Positions 30,466 through 43,181 of a DNA stretch of 64,000 nucleotides are shown piece after piece. Origin of the DNA: an uncultured Candidatus Rokubacteria bacterium (GTDB lineage Bacteria; Methylomirabilota; Methylomirabilia; Rokubacteriales; CSP1-6); NCBI GenBank assembly GCA_963789955.1, contig CAWBMV010000034.1, positions 992,001 through 1,056,000 on the forward strand. Direction: 5' to 3'. Below the pieces are notes generated by a model. It was not told where the DNA came from, did no database searches, and worked only from the letters and a program-made list of their open reading frames with translations. Within the stretch, counting starts at the first letter, position 1. Each line of letters starts with the position of its first letter. Made by a program: the position numbers and the translations under genes.

Positions 30466-31146
30466 ATGTTGCTGCATTTGCCTTCCGTCCTGACCGAGGC
30501 GCAGGTGGCGCGCTGCCGCGAGCTGATGGAGCGCGCGAAATGGGTCGACGGACGCGTCACCGCCGGGCACCAGTCGGCCAAGGCCAAGCACAATCTCCAG
30601 ATCGCCGAGGGCACGCCCGAGGCGCGCGAGATGGGCGAGATGATCGTGGTCGCCCTGGAGCGCAATCGCCTCTTCGTGTCGGCGGCGCTCCCGCAGCGCG
30701 TCTTCCCGCCGCTGTTCAACCGCTACGAGCCGGGCATGAACTTCGGGGCCCACGTGGACAACGCAATCCGCCAGGTCCCCGGCGCCCCGCTCCGGGTTCG
30801 GACGGATCTCTCGATGACGCTCTTCCTCACCCGGCCGGAGGACTACGACGGCGGCGAGCTCGTCGTCGAGGACACCTTCGGCGCCCACTCGGTCAAGCTG
30901 CCGGCCGGTGATGCGATCCTCTATCCGGGCACGAGCCTGCACCGGGTCAACCCGGTGACGCGCGGGGTGAGGCTCGCGTCGTTCTTCTGGATCCAGAGCA
31001 TGATCCGCGACGACGGCCAGCGCACCGTGCTCTTCGACCTCGACATGGCCATCAACCAGGTGGCCGAGGCGATTCCGGAGCACCGCGCGGTGATCGCGCT
31101 GACGAGCTGCTATCACAATCTTCTCCGCGGCTGGGCGGAGGGCTGA
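30466..31146 (+). CDS. ybiX: PKHD-type Fe(II)/2-oxoglutarate hydroxylase (YbiX/PiuC)
   Basis: [59 protein letters not shown]. Confidence 0.93.
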   Translation: MLLHLPSVLTEAQVARCRELMERAKWVDGRVTAGHQSAKAKHNLQIAEGTPEAREMGEMIVVALERNRLFVSAALPQRVFPPLFNRYEPGMNFGAHVDNAIRQVPGAPLRVRTDLSMTLFLTRPEDYDGGELVVEDTFGAHSVKLPAGDAILYPGTSLHRVNPVTRGVRLASFFWIQSMIRDDGQRTVLFDLDMAINQVAEAIPEHRAVIALTSCYHNLLRGWAEG

Positions 31147-31164
31147 TCGGGAGGGGGCGGCGAG

Positions 31165-31660
31165 ATGTCCGTCTCGCCTCGTTGCGCACGCGCGATCGCC
31201 GCGGCCATCAGCCCGGCGTTCGCCGCCGATCCGACTCCGCCCGGTGCTGCGCGCGTGACGGTTCGAATGTCGCGACCCGAAGCGTTCGCCGACTTCAAGG
31301 CCACGTGCGTCGGCAGGACGTGCGCACCCGCGGCCTCATCGACGGTCTGACCCAGTTCGCCGCGATCCGTGCCACCGGCGCGGAGCGCCGGACGGCGGAG
31401 CGCTCGACGTCACCCTTCCGAGTCGACATGGCCGGCATGGACGTGCGCGGCCCGCAGGCCTCCTCGACGCGTGACGCTCGAATCCACGGCGTGCGCATCC
31501 GGCTCGCGCTTGTGCCTGTCGATCGGACGGAAAGGTCGTGAGCACCGCTCGCCGACCTCGCGATGGCTGACTGAGCGAGACGTGGCTGCGGCCAGCGATC
31601 CGTAGCGATCCGCGACGTATCTCCTCCAGGAATGGTTCAGCGGGAGTTCCCGGCCTCGAG
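31165..31660 (+). pseudogene. Degraded DUF3016-like exported protein gene
   Basis: Fragments across frames: signal-like N-terminus, VTV...PEAFADF, LDVTL/VDMAG, RIRL, SDP*...LLQEWF. Order matches my recollection of DUF3016; multiple indels and a stop. Confidence 0.5.
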
Positions 31661-31939
31661 CTCGTGCGCGCCGAGATCGACGGCGACCAGCAGGGCGTGA
31701 ACGCGTCGCTCGTGGTCCGTCGCGCCGGGCTCGCTGATCCATCGCGATCGGCTGCGCTCATCACGTGGATCTGCTCTGGCCACTGGTGTCGCTGGCGCCG
31801 GTTGCGTCCCGCTGATTTCGACGACCGCGCCGGCGCCGGCGAATAGCGCGAAGCGCGCCGGAAGGCTGTCGTCGCCGCAGACCCCCCGAGACCGAGGTGC
31901 GATACTCTGTGGGCCCCCAGAGGGGAGGAGGGGTCCGGC

Positions 31940-33025
<1,086 letters not shown>

Positions 33026-33213
33026 GCGTCGCGGCTGCCGCCGCCGCCCCGTCGGATCACCGCAATTCTTGTCCGCCGCGCGGCGAGTCGACGGCTCGCC
33101 GAGAAAGATGGTACGATAGGCACGTCGCGGGCGCTCTCGGGCCGAAGTGCCTTTCGGAGTTGGCGTTTCTCTTCCGTGTCTCAGCGCTGTCGCGATTGCT
33201 GTCGGCGTTCGGA

Positions 33214-33240
33214 GTTCTAGAACACTGAGGTTCTATGAAC
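33214..33240. promoter_or_regulatory. Tandem palindromic operator candidates for the adjacent GntR/HutC regulator
   Basis: GTTCTAGAAC (33214-33223) and GTTCTATGAAC (33230-33240), similar to the GT..TA..AC boxes of HutC-subfamily regulators. Confidence 0.5.
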
Positions 33241-33984
33241 GGCAGGATGAAGCTGAACAGTCGAGTGCCCCGCTACCACCGCATCGCGGAGACCTTGCGC
33301 GAACGAATCCGCGGCGGCGAGCTCGCTTCCGGCGCACGGCTCGACAATCAGCGCCAGCTCGCGAAGAGCTTCGGCGTGACCTTGATGACCCTCCGTCAGG
33401 CGCTCGAGCTCCTCGAGCGCGAGCACCTCATCACGCGTCGCCACGGGCTCGGCACGTTCGTCGCCGCGCCGTCGATCGACTACGACATCCTGCAGCTTCG
33501 CCGCTTCGCCGGCGATCTCTCGGCCAAGGGCGAGCACGTCGCGACCCGGCTGCTGGGCACGCGGTTCGCGGCGCCTGACCGGCGCGTCGCCGAGGCGCTG
33601 CGCCTCTCCGGCCGGCCGCGCGTGCTCGTGCTCGATCGGCTCCGCCTGGTCGATGCGCATCCGATGAGCCTCCAGCGGTCGTTCCTGCCGTCGCCGCTCG
33701 GTGACGAGGTCGTCCGCGCCGATCTCGCGCTGACGCCGCTGCACCAGGTGCTCGAGTTCAAGCTGGGCGTGATCATCACGCGCGCGCACGAGAGCGTCTC
33801 GGCGGTGCGCCTGGGCCGACGCGAGGCTCGCGATCTCGGCTGCGGCGCCGGCGAGCCGGCGTTCGAGTCCGAGCGCGTCTCGTACGACGCCGGCGGCGCG
33901 CCGGTCGTCTTCGATCGAGTCTTCATCCCGGGCGACCGCTTCCGGATCACCCGCGAACTTCACTACGAAGGAGCGACGTCATGA
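33235..33984 (+). CDS. GntR-family regulator, HutC/UTRA subfamily
   Basis: PRY..IA..LR..I..G, LAKSFGVT..TLRQAL, GLGTFV, UTRA-like C-terminus. Alternative start at 33247. Confidence 0.9.
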   Translation: MNGRMKLNSRVPRYHRIAETLRERIRGGELASGARLDNQRQLAKSFGVTLMTLRQALELLEREHLITRRHGLGTFVAAPSIDYDILQLRRFAGDLSAKGEHVATRLLGTRFAAPDRRVAEALRLSGRPRVLVLDRLRLVDAHPMSLQRSFLPSPLGDEVVRADLALTPLHQVLEFKLGVIITRAHESVSAVRLGRREARDLGCGAGEPAFESERVSYDAGGAPVVFDRVFIPGDRFRITRELHYEGATS

Positions 33985-34760
33985 AGATCGTTGTCACCAT
34001 CAAGCAGGTGCCGGACACGGCCACCCAGGTGAAGATCGCGGCGGACGGGAAGTCGATCGACACCACGGGCATCACGTGGATCGTCTCGCCCTACGACGAG
34101 TTCGCCGTGGAGGAGGCGCTCCGGATCAAGGAAAAGCGCGGCCAGGGCGAGGTGGTGGCGGTTTCCCTCGGCCCGGATCGCGTGAAGGAGGCGCTGCGCT
34201 CCAGCCTCGCGATGGGATGCGATCGCGCGATCCACCTGAACGATGCCGCGTGGTCGGCGGCGGACACCCTGGCGACCGCGAAGGCGCTGGCCGCCGTGAT
34301 CAAGCAGGAAGCGCCGCAGCTCGTGCTGTGCGGCCGTCAGGCGATCGACGACGACATGGGCGCCGTGACGGCGCAGCTCGCCGAGCTGCTGGGCTGGCCG
34401 TGCGCCTACTGGATCATGGAGGAAACGATCGACGCCGACGGCAAGTCTGTCCGGGCCGCGCGCCAGGTCGAGGGCGGCCTCGAGGTCTTCGACCTGCCGC
34501 TGCCCGCCGTGCTGGCGGCGCAGAAGGGGCTCAACGAGCCGCGCTACCCGACCCTGAAGGGGATCATGGGCGCCAAGAAGAAGGAGATCAAGGACGTGAA
34601 GGCGGCCGACCTCGGGATCTCGGCCGAGCCGTCGCAGCTCTCGATCGTCGGACTCGAGGCGCTGCCGGCGCGTCCGCCGGGACGCATCATCCAGGGTGAC
34701 GTGCCCACCGCGGTGAAAGAGCTCGTCCGCGCCCTGCGCGAAGACGCCAAAGCGATTTAG
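33981..34760 (+). CDS. etfB: Electron transfer flavoprotein beta subunit
   Basis: KQVPDT, PYDEFAVEEAL, CGRQAIDDD, NEPRYP.L.GIM.AKKK. Confidence 0.95.
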   Translation: MKIVVTIKQVPDTATQVKIAADGKSIDTTGITWIVSPYDEFAVEEALRIKEKRGQGEVVAVSLGPDRVKEALRSSLAMGCDRAIHLNDAAWSAADTLATAKALAAVIKQEAPQLVLCGRQAIDDDMGAVTAQLAELLGWPCAYWIMEETIDADGKSVRAARQVEGGLEVFDLPLPAVLAAQKGLNEPRYPTLKGIMGAKKKEIKDVKAADLGISAEPSQLSIVGLEALPARPPGRIIQGDVPTAVKELVRALREDAKAI

Positions 34761-34772
34761 CGAGAGGACACC

Positions 34773-35754
34773 ATGCCCAACGCGTTCTGGTGCATCGTCG
34801 AAGACGATCGAAACGGCTCGCCGAAGAAGGTCATGGCCGAGGTGATCGGCGAAGCCGCGCGGCTCGCGCCCGGCCGGGTCGAGGCGGTGTGGCTCACCGA
34901 CAAGGCGAGCGACGCCGGCTTGAAGCAGCTGGGCGAGTGGGGTGCCGGCAAGGTGCTGCTGCTCGAGAACGCCGCGTTCGCGCCGTACCGCAGCGAGGTC
35001 TGGACGGCGGCGGCCGCGGATCTCGCGACGAAGGAGTCGCCGGCGGCGATCTTCGCGCCGGTCACGAGCCGTCAGCGAGAGTTCGTCGGCGCGCCTGGCC
35101 GCGCGGCTGGGGGTGGGGCTCTCGGCCGACTCGGTCCGGTTCGCGATGGAGGGCGACAAGCTCGTCGCGACCCGTCCGGTCTACGCGGGCAAGCTGCTCT
35201 CGAAGGTGACGTGGGCGAAGTCGCCGTGGGTCGCGACCCTGAGACCCAACGTGTTCCGTCCCGCCGAGAGCCAGCCCGGCAAGACCGCGTCGGTCGAGCG
35301 GCCGAGCCTCACCGCGGCGGGCGCGCAGATGAAATTCGTCGAGCGCCGCGAGGAAGTCTCGACCGGGCTCCCCGAGCTGACCGAAGCGGAGACCGTCATC
35401 TCCGGCGGGCGCGGCATGAAGGGCCCGGAGAACTACGTGATCCTGGAAGAGCTGGGCCGAGTCATCGGCGCGGCGGTCGGCGCGTCGCGCGCGGCCGTGG
35501 ACGCGGGCTGGCGGCCGCATCGCTTCCAGATCGGCCAGACCGGGCGGACGATCTCGCCCAAGCTCTATCTCGGCTTCGGCGTGTCGGGCGCGATCCAGCA
35601 CCTGGCGGGCATGCGGACGTCGAAGGTGATCGTGGCGGTGAACAAGGACCCGGAGGCGCCGATCTTCAAGATCGCCGATTTCGGGATCGTGGCCGATCTG
35701 TTCGAGGTCGTGCCCGAGCTGACGAAAGAGTTCAAGAAGCTCCTGGAGAAATAG
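34773..35754 (+). CDS. etfA: Electron transfer flavoprotein alpha subunit (frameshift near 35088)
   Basis: [43 protein letters not shown]. Confidence 0.93.
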
Positions 35755-35764
35755 GAAGACAGGC

Positions 35765-36922
35765 GTGACGTTCGATCTGACGTCCGAGCAGCAGCTGATC
35801 CAGGCCACGGCGCGGGAGTTCGCCGAGACCCAGATCAAGCCCATCGCCGCCGAGATCGACCGCGACTCGCGCTTCCCGCACGAGACGATCAAGCGGATGG
35901 GCGAGCTCGGACTCATGGGCATCGTCATTCCCGAGCAATGGGGCGGCAGCGGCGCCGGCGCGGTCGCCTACGTGGTCGCGCTCGAAGAGATCGCGCGGGT
36001 GTGCGCGAGCCACGCCGTGGTCATGTCGGTCAACAACTCGCTCTACGGCGACCCGCTCGCGCGGTTCGGCACCGACGCTCAGCGCGAGCAGTTCCTGACG
36101 CCGGTCGCCTCGGGTCACGCGCACGGATGCTTCGCGCTCACCGAGCCGCAGGCGGGCTCGGACGCGACGAACCAGGCGACCCTGGCCGTGCGCGACGGCG
36201 ATCACTACGTGCTGAACGGGCGCAAGCGCTTCATCACGAACGGGCGCGAGTCGTCGTTCGCGCTCGTGTTCTGTCAGACCGATCGCGCCAAAGGCCACCA
36301 CGGCATCACCGCCTTCGTGGTCGAGAAGGGCACGCCGGGCTTCACGGTGGGAAAGACCGAGGACAAGCTCGGCATCCGCGCCTCGGACACGGCCGAGCTG
36401 CTCTTCGACGACTGCCGCGTGCCGGTGCTGCACCGCATCGGCGACGAGGGACAGGGATTCAAGATCGCCATGACGGCGGTCGACGGCGGGCGGATCGGGA
36501 TCGCCGCGCAGGCGGTCGGGATCGCGACCGGAGCCTACGAGCGCTCGGTGGCGTACGCGCGGGAGCGCAAGGCCTTCGGCGTGATCATCGGCGAGCACCA
36601 GATGGTCCAGTGGATGCTGGCCGACATGGCCGTGGCGATCGACGGCGCGCGGCTCCTGACGCGCAAGGCCGCCGCGCTCAAGGATGCCGGCCGGCCGTAT
36701 CGCACCGCCGCCGCGATGGCCAAGCTGTTCGCCGCCGAGACGGCGATGAAGGTCACGACCGACGCGATCCAGGTTCACGGCGGCTACGGCTTCATCAAGG
36801 AGTACGAGGTCGAGCGTGCCTTCCGCGACGCGAAGATCACGCAGCTGTACGAGGGGACGTCGCAGATCCAGAAGCTGGTGGTCGCACGCCACCTGCTGCG
36901 AGGTGACCATGGCCGAGCCTGA
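35765..36922 (+). CDS. Short-chain (butyryl-CoA-like) acyl-CoA dehydrogenase
   Basis: [48 protein letters not shown]. Confidence 0.93.
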   Translation: MTFDLTSEQQLIQATAREFAETQIKPIAAEIDRDSRFPHETIKRMGELGLMGIVIPEQWGGSGAGAVAYVVALEEIARVCASHAVVMSVNNSLYGDPLARFGTDAQREQFLTPVASGHAHGCFALTEPQAGSDATNQATLAVRDGDHYVLNGRKRFITNGRESSFALVFCQTDRAKGHHGITAFVVEKGTPGFTVGKTEDKLGIRASDTAELLFDDCRVPVLHRIGDEGQGFKIAMTAVDGGRIGIAAQAVGIATGAYERSVAYARERKAFGVIIGEHQMVQWMLADMAVAIDGARLLTRKAAALKDAGRPYRTAAAMAKLFAAETAMKVTTDAIQVHGGYGFIKEYEVERAFRDAKITQLYEGTSQIQKLVVARHLLRGDHGRA

Positions 36923-38523
36923 GCGCGGGCCCGAGCGCCCGGTGCGGTTCGAGACGTTGTCGGGGATCCCGATCGAACCGCTCTACACGCCCGAGAGCCT
37001 GCAGCAGTGGTCGCCCGAAGAGAAGCTCGGGCGCCCCGGCGAGTACCCGTTCACCCGCGGCGTCTATCCGACGATGTACCGGGGTCGGCTCTGGACGATG
37101 CGGATGTTCGCCGGATTCGGCCGGCCGGAGGACACGAACGCCCGCTTCAAGTACCTGCTCGAGCAGGGACAGACGGGGCTCTCGACCGCGTTCGACATGC
37201 CCGCGCTGATGGGCTACGACGCCGATCACCCGCGGGCCCGGGGCGAGGTCGGCAAGGAAGGCGTGTCGATCTCGACCCTGGACGACTTCGAGCGGCTGTT
37301 CGCGGGGATCCCGCTCGGCGACGTCACGACGTCGATGACGATCAACTGCACGGCGTCGGTCGCGCTCGCGATGTACCTGGCCGTCGCCGAGAAGCAGGGC
37401 GTGTCGTGGAGCCGCGTCGGCGGCACGATGCAGAACGACATGCTGAAGGAGTTCATCGCCCAGAAGGAATGGATCTGTCCGCCCGATCCGGCCGTCCGGA
37501 TCGTCGTCGACATGATCGAGTTCACGGCGAAGCACGTCCCGCGCTTCAACCCGGTCTCGATCTCGGGCTATCACATCCGCGAGGCGGGGGCGACGGCGGT
37601 GCAGGAGCTCGCGTTCACGCTGGCCGACGGGCTCGGCTACGTCGAGGCGGCCTGCGCGCGCGGCCTGGACGTCGACAGCTTCGCGCCGAGGCTCTCGTTC
37701 TTCTTCGACATCCACAACGACTTCTTCGAGGAGATCGCCAAGCTCCGGGCGGCGCGGCGCCTCTGGGCGCGGTTCATGAAGGAGCGGTTCGGCGCCAAGA
37801 AGCCGGAGTCGATGCGGCTCCGGACGCACACGCAGACGGCCGGCGTCTCGGCGACCGCGCAGCAGCCGCTCAACAACGTCGCGCGCGTCGCGATCCAGGC
37901 GCTGGCGGCGGTGCTGGGCGGCGCGCAGTCGCTGCACACCAACTCGTACGACGAGACGTGGGCGCTGCCGACCGAGGACGCCGTGACGGTCGCGCTCCGG
38001 ACGCAGCAGATCATCGCCGAGGAGTCCGGCGTCGCGCTGACGATCGACCCGCTCGGCGGCTCGTACTTCCTCGAGACGTTGACGGACCAGATGGAGGCGG
38101 CGCGCGCTCGAGTACATCCGGAAGATCGACGCGATGGGCGGCATCGTCCGGGCGATCGACACGGGCTATCCGCAGCGCGAGATCGCCGACGCCGCGTATC
38201 GCTATCAGCTGATGGACGACCGGCGCGAGAAGGTCGTGGTCGGCGTCAACAAGTACGTGATGACCGAGGAGCGGCCGATCAACTTCCTGAAGATCGACGC
38301 GGCGGTCGAGCACGAGCAGATCGAGCGCGTCGGGCGCTTCAAGGCCGCGCGCGACGGCAGCAAGGTCGAGCGGCGGCTCAAGCAGCTGGCCGAGGCGTGC
38401 CGCGAGCAGCGCAACGTCATGCCGGTCTTGATCGATGCGGTAAAGGACTACGTCAGTCTCGGAGAAATCTCAGACGTCTACCGCCAGGTGTTCGGGCTCT
38501 ACCGCGAGCCGATCATCTTTTAG
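36909..38523 (+). CDS. icmA: Isobutyryl-CoA mutase large subunit (frameshift near 38100)
   Basis: [10 protein letters not shown] (Phe at the MCM Tyr89 position) and KEFIAQKEW (Gln at the MCM Arg207 position), the ICM signature; HTQTAG and SLHTNSYDE conserved. Confidence 0.82.
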
Positions 38524-38595
38524 AGGCGGCAGATGAATGTGGATTCCGGCACGGGTGAATGACGCCGTAGCGGCCGCGTAAGGGAGAGAGATGAA

Positions 38596-39665
38596 ATGAC
38601 TGAGCCGATCCGGATCGCGCAGTCGACGGTGAAGAAACAGAAGCCCAAGGACAGTGAGCTCACCTTCGGGACGGTCTTCACGGACCACATGTTCGTGATG
38701 GACTTCCAGGAAGAGAAGGGATGGTACGACCCGCGCATCGAGCCGTACGGGCCGTTCCCGATGGATCCGGCGACGGCCGTCCTGCACTACGCGCAGGCCG
38801 TCTTCGACGGGCTCAAGGCGTTTCGCCAGCGCAACGGCAAGGTCGGTCCTCTTCCGGCCGCAGAAGCACGTCGCGCGGTTGATCGAGTCGTCGAAGCGGC
38901 TCTGCATCCCGCCGCTCGATCCGGAGCTGGCGCTGAAGTCGCTGGTGACCCTGGTCGGGATGGAGAAGGACTGGGTGCCGTCGACTGTCGGGACGTCGCT
39001 CTACGTGCGGCCGACGATCATCGCCAACGAGGCGTTCCTCGGCGTGCGGCCGGCGAGGTCCTACATCTATTACGTGATCCTCTCGCCGGTCGGCGCCTAC
39101 TATCCCGAAGGCATGAACCCGGTGAAGATCCTCGTGGTCGACAAGTACGTGCGCGCGGTCGAGGGCGGCGTGGGCGGTGCTAAGACCGGTGTGAACTACG
39201 CGGCGAGCCTCTACGCCGCGGAAGAAGCCAAGCACGCGGGCTTCACGCAGGTGCTGTGGCTCGACGGCGCGGGAGCGCAAGTACATCGACGAAGTCGGCA
39301 CGATGAACATCATGCTGAAGATCGGCGACGAGATCATCACGCCGCCGCTCAGCGGCACGATCCTGGCCGGCGTGACGCGCGACTCCGTGCTGACCTTGAT
39401 GCGCGAGTGGGGGCTGCGCGTCTCCGAGCGCCCGGTGACGATCGACGAGGTCGCCGCGGCCGCGCACAAGGGCAAGCTCGAGGAAGTCTGGGGCACCGGC
39501 ACCGCCGCGGTCATCTCGCCCGTGGGCGAGCTCTCCTACAAGGGCGAGCGGATCGTGATCAACGGCGGGCGCATCGGCCCGCTGACCCAGAAGCTCTACG
39601 ACACGATCGTCGGCATCCAGTACGGCACGGCGCCGGACACGCACGGCTGGACGGTGCCGGTCTAG
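38596..39665 (+). CDS. ilvE: Branched-chain amino acid aminotransferase (frameshifts near 38850 and 39270)
   Basis: FGTVFTDHM, LHYAQ..F.GLKA, SLYVRP, AKTG.NYAASL, QVLWLD, ILAGVTRDS, GTGTAAVISP. Confidence 0.92.
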
Positions 39666-39674
39666 GCGATCACG

Positions 39675-40097
39675 ATGAGCGACTGCGTCTTCTGCAAGAT
39701 CCGCGACGGACAGATTCCCTCGACGAAGGTCTACGAGGACGAGCGGACCCTCTGCATCATGGACATCAACCCGCTCAACGCCGGGCATTGCCTCGTGCTG
39801 ACCAAGACGCACGTCGCCACGATCTTCGACGCCGAGCCGGCCGACCTGCAGGCGGCCATCACCACGGCCAAGCGTGTCGCGACCGCCCAGCGCGCCGCGC
39901 TGAAGCCGGACGGCTTGAACATGCTCCAGGCCAACGGGCCGGCGGCGTTCCAGTCGGTGCCGCACTTCCATCTGCACCTGATCCCGCGCTGGACCAATGA
40001 CGGCAAGGGGTTCGACTGGAAGCTCGTCCCGGGCGACCGGGACCGTATCGCGAAGGCGAGCGAGCAGATCCGCGCCGCGCTCGCGGGAGGCAAGTGA
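39675..40097 (+). CDS. HIT-family (Hint-like) nucleotide hydrolase
   Basis: CVFCKI, DINP...[17 protein letters not shown]. Confidence 0.93.
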   Translation: MSDCVFCKIRDGQIPSTKVYEDERTLCIMDINPLNAGHCLVLTKTHVATIFDAEPADLQAAITTAKRVATAQRAALKPDGLNMLQANGPAAFQSVPHFHLHLIPRWTNDGKGFDWKLVPGDRDRIAKASEQIRAALAGGK

Positions 40098-40501
40098 TGG
40101 CCGAACGATCGATCCGCGTCGTCGTCGCCAAGCCGGGGCTCGACGGGCACGACCGCGGCGCGAAGATCGTGGCGCGGGCGCTGCGCGATGCCGGCTTCGA
40201 GGTGATCTACACGGGTCTCCATCAGACGCCCGAGCAGATCGTCGCCACCGCGGTCCAGGAAGACGCGGACGCCATCGGACTCTCCGTGCTCTCCGGCGCC
40301 CACAACTATCTCTTCCAGCGCGTCCTCGAGCTGCTCGCCGAGCAGGGCGCGGGCGACGTCGCGGTGTTCGGCGGCGGGATCATCCCGCCCGAGGACATCG
40401 CGTCGTTGAAGGCGATGGGCGTCAAGGAGCTGTTCACGCCGGGCACCTCCACGCAGGACATCGTCCGCTTCGTCCGCGAGCACATTCGCGCGGCGGTCTG
40501 A
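40097..40501 (+). CDS. icmB: Cobalamin-binding small subunit, probable IcmB
   Basis: [36 protein letters not shown]; same operon as icmA. Confidence 0.8.
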   Translation: MAERSIRVVVAKPGLDGHDRGAKIVARALRDAGFEVIYTGLHQTPEQIVATAVQEDADAIGLSVLSGAHNYLFQRVLELLAEQGAGDVAVFGGGIIPPEDIASLKAMGVKELFTPGTSTQDIVRFVREHIRAAV

Positions 40502-40504
40502 GTC

Positions 40505-41650
40505 GTGGACTTCGACCTCACGCCCGAGCAGCAGCAGGTGCGGGACGTCGCGCGACAGTTCGCGGAGGCCGAGCTCGGCGACAAGATCGCGCCGTTCGAC
40601 GAGCGCCACGAGTTCCCCCACGCGATCGTGGCCAAGCTCGGGCCGCTCGGCTTCCTCGGCGTGGTGGTGCCCGAGGAGCTCGGCGGCGCCGGCCTCGACT
40701 ACGTGTCCTACGCGCTGATCGTCGAGGAGCTGTGCCGCGGCGACGCCTCGGTCGGCATCACGATGTGGGCGCACAACTCGCTCTGCACCAACCACATCGC
40801 GAGCTTCGCGTCGCCGGCGCTGAAGCAGAAATATCTGCCCGATCTCGTCAGCGGCCGCGTGCTCGGCGCCTGGGGCCTCACCGAGCCGGGCTCGGGCTCC
40901 GACGCGGCCGCGCTCGCGACGCGCGCCGAGCTGCGCGACGGGCACTGGGTCCTGAACGGCAGCAAGGCGTTCATCACCAACGGCTCGGTCGGCTCGACCG
41001 CCGTCGTCATGGCCCGCACCGATCCCGAGCGCAAGACCCGGGGCATCTCCGCCTTCATCCTCGACAAGAGCACGCCGGGCTTCATCCGGGGCAAGCCGTA
41101 CCGGAAGCTCGGCCTGCACGCGTCGGACACCGCCGAGATGATCTTCGAGGACGCGCGCGTCCCGGCCGAGAACCTCATCGGCGAGCGGGGCAACGGCTTC
41201 GTCCAGGCGATGCAGGTGCTCGAGGGCGGACGGATCGCGATGGCGGCCATGGGCGTCGGCATCGCCCAGGCGGCCGTCGACCAGGCGGTCAAGTACATGA
41301 AGCAGCGCAGCGCGTTCGGCCGCACGCTCGCCGAGTTCAACGGCCTCCAGGGCATGATCGCGGAGGTCGCGACCGAGGTCGAGGTGTCGCGCCTGCTCAC
41401 CCTGCGCGCGGCGCACTTGAAAGACACGGGTCGGCCGGCGATGCACGCGGCCGCGATGGCCAAGCTGTTCGCGTCGGAGACCGCGATGAAGGCGGCGTCG
41501 AAAGCGGTGCAGATCCACGGCGGCGCGGGCTACATCACGGAATTCCCCGTCGAGCGCATCTTCCGCGACGCCAAGCTGACCGAGATCGGCGAGGGCACCT
41601 CCGAGATCCAGCGCCTCGTCATCGCCCGGGAGATCCTCCAGCTCACGTGA
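40505..41650 (+). CDS. Acyl-CoA dehydrogenase
   Basis: [37 protein letters not shown]. Confidence 0.93.
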   Translation: MDFDLTPEQQQVRDVARQFAEAELGDKIAPFDERHEFPHAIVAKLGPLGFLGVVVPEELGGAGLDYVSYALIVEELCRGDASVGITMWAHNSLCTNHIASFASPALKQKYLPDLVSGRVLGAWGLTEPGSGSDAAALATRAELRDGHWVLNGSKAFITNGSVGSTAVVMARTDPERKTRGISAFILDKSTPGFIRGKPYRKLGLHASDTAEMIFEDARVPAENLIGERGNGFVQAMQVLEGGRIAMAAMGVGIAQAAVDQAVKYMKQRSAFGRTLAEFNGLQGMIAEVATEVEVSRLLTLRAAHLKDTGRPAMHAAAMAKLFASETAMKAASKAVQIHGGAGYITEFPVERIFRDAKLTEIGEGTSEIQRLVIAREILQLT

Positions 41651-42426
41651 GCGCTCGCCCCGAGCTGATCGTCGTCGAGGGCGTGACCAAGCGCTACCTC
41701 ACCAGCTCGGGCCCGGTGGAAGCGCTCCACGACGTCTCGCTCGCGGTCGAGGAGGGCGCCTTCTGCACGCTCATCGGGCCTTCCGGGTGCGGCAAGTCCA
41801 CGCTCCTCGGCATGCTCGGTGGCCTCGTCGCCCCGGATCAGGGGCGGCTGCTCGTCGACGGCCGCCCGGTGACCGGCCCCGATCCGCGGCGCGTCGCGAC
41901 CGTGTTCCAGGAGGCCGGTCTCTTTCCGTGGCGGACGACGCTTCAAAATGTCGAATTCGGCCTCGAGCTCCAGGGCGTGCCGGCCGAGCGGCGCCGCCGA
42001 ACGGCGACCGACCTGCTGGGCCCGCTCGGGCTCTCCGGCTTCGCCGAGAAGTATCCGCGCGAGCTGTCCGGCGGGATGAAGCAGCGCGTGGCGATCGGGC
42101 GCGCGCTCGCGCTCGACGCGAAAATCCTCTTGATGGACGAGCCGTTCGGCGCGCTCGACGAGCAGACGCGCGTCCTCATGGGCGAGTGGCTGCTCGACAT
42201 CTGGCGGCGCACCGGCAAGACCGTGATCTTCGTCACGCACAGCCTCCACGAGGCGCTGTTCCTCTCGACCCGGGTGGCCGTGATGACCGCGCGGCCCGGG
42301 CGGATCAAGGCGGCGCTCGACCTGACGATGGAATACCCGCGGTCGATGGAGTCGCCGGAGATGGTCGCGCTTCGCGCCAAGCTCTGGAGCGAGATCCGTG
42401 AGGAGTCGCTGAGAGCGATGCGATGA
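41647..42426 (+). CDS. NitT/TauT-family ABC ATP-binding protein
   Basis: [44 protein letters not shown]. Confidence 0.93.
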   Translation: MSARPELIVVEGVTKRYLTSSGPVEALHDVSLAVEEGAFCTLIGPSGCGKSTLLGMLGGLVAPDQGRLLVDGRPVTGPDPRRVATVFQEAGLFPWRTTLQNVEFGLELQGVPAERRRRTATDLLGPLGLSGFAEKYPRELSGGMKQRVAIGRALALDAKILLMDEPFGALDEQTRVLMGEWLLDIWRRTGKTVIFVTHSLHEALFLSTRVAVMTARPGRIKAALDLTMEYPRSMESPEMVALRAKLWSEIREESLRAMR

Positions 42427-43181
42427 CGGCCCGCGCGACGGTCGTCGGCCTGCGGCTGGCGCTGCTCGCGCTCCTCCTGGTGATCTGGGAGGTCGCGGGC
42501 CGGGCCGTGAATCCGCTCCTCGGCGTCCCGCCGTCGGCGGTCCTGCCGGCGCTGCGCGACCTGGTACTCCTGCGCTCGTATCCCGATCTTCCGGCGAGCA
42601 TCCTGCTCACGTTGCGCGAGATCGGCACCGCCTACGCTCTGGCGGTCGCGGCCGGGCTCGCCTGCGGATTCATGCTCGGCATGCATCGGCTCGTCGGGCG
42701 CGTGTGGGGGCCGATGCTCGCGGCGCTCTACGCGGTGCCGGCGGTCGTCTGGTATCCCTCGCTCATGCTCTTCTTCGGCCTCGACGCCGCCTCGAAGATC
42801 GCCTTCGGCTTCCTGCTCGGCTTCTTTCCGATCGCGCTCGCGGTGCTCGCCGGTATCCGCCAGGTGAACCCGCAGCTCGTCGTGGTCGCGCGCGCGTACG
42901 GCGCGGGCACGGTGACCGTCTTTCGTCGGGTGATGCTGCCCGCGATGCTCTTCACGCTCGTCGGCGGGCTCAGGACGGGGCTCGCGCTGTGCGTGATCGG
43001 CGTGGTCGTCGGCGAGATCCTCGGCTCGAAGGCCGGCATGGGCGCCCTCATCAATCACGCCTACGGGCTCCTTCGCACGGGAGACTACGTCGCGCTGGTG
43101 CTCGTCACCCTCGTCATGGTCGTGGGCTCCGATGTGCTGGCGAGTCTGCTCGAGCGCCGCGCGCGGCGGTGGTCGGAATGA
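42423..43181 (+). CDS. NitT/TauT-family ABC permease
   Basis: WE...PPSAV, EAA-like loop ARAYGA, VVGEI...GMG. Confidence 0.9.
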   Translation: MTARATVVGLRLALLALLLVIWEVAGRAVNPLLGVPPSAVLPALRDLVLLRSYPDLPASILLTLREIGTAYALAVAAGLACGFMLGMHRLVGRVWGPMLAALYAVPAVVWYPSLMLFFGLDAASKIAFGFLLGFFPIALAVLAGIRQVNPQLVVVARAYGAGTVTVFRRVMLPAMLFTLVGGLRTGLALCVIGVVVGEILGSKAGMGALINHAYGLLRTGDYVALVLVTLVMVVGSDVLASLLERRARRWSE

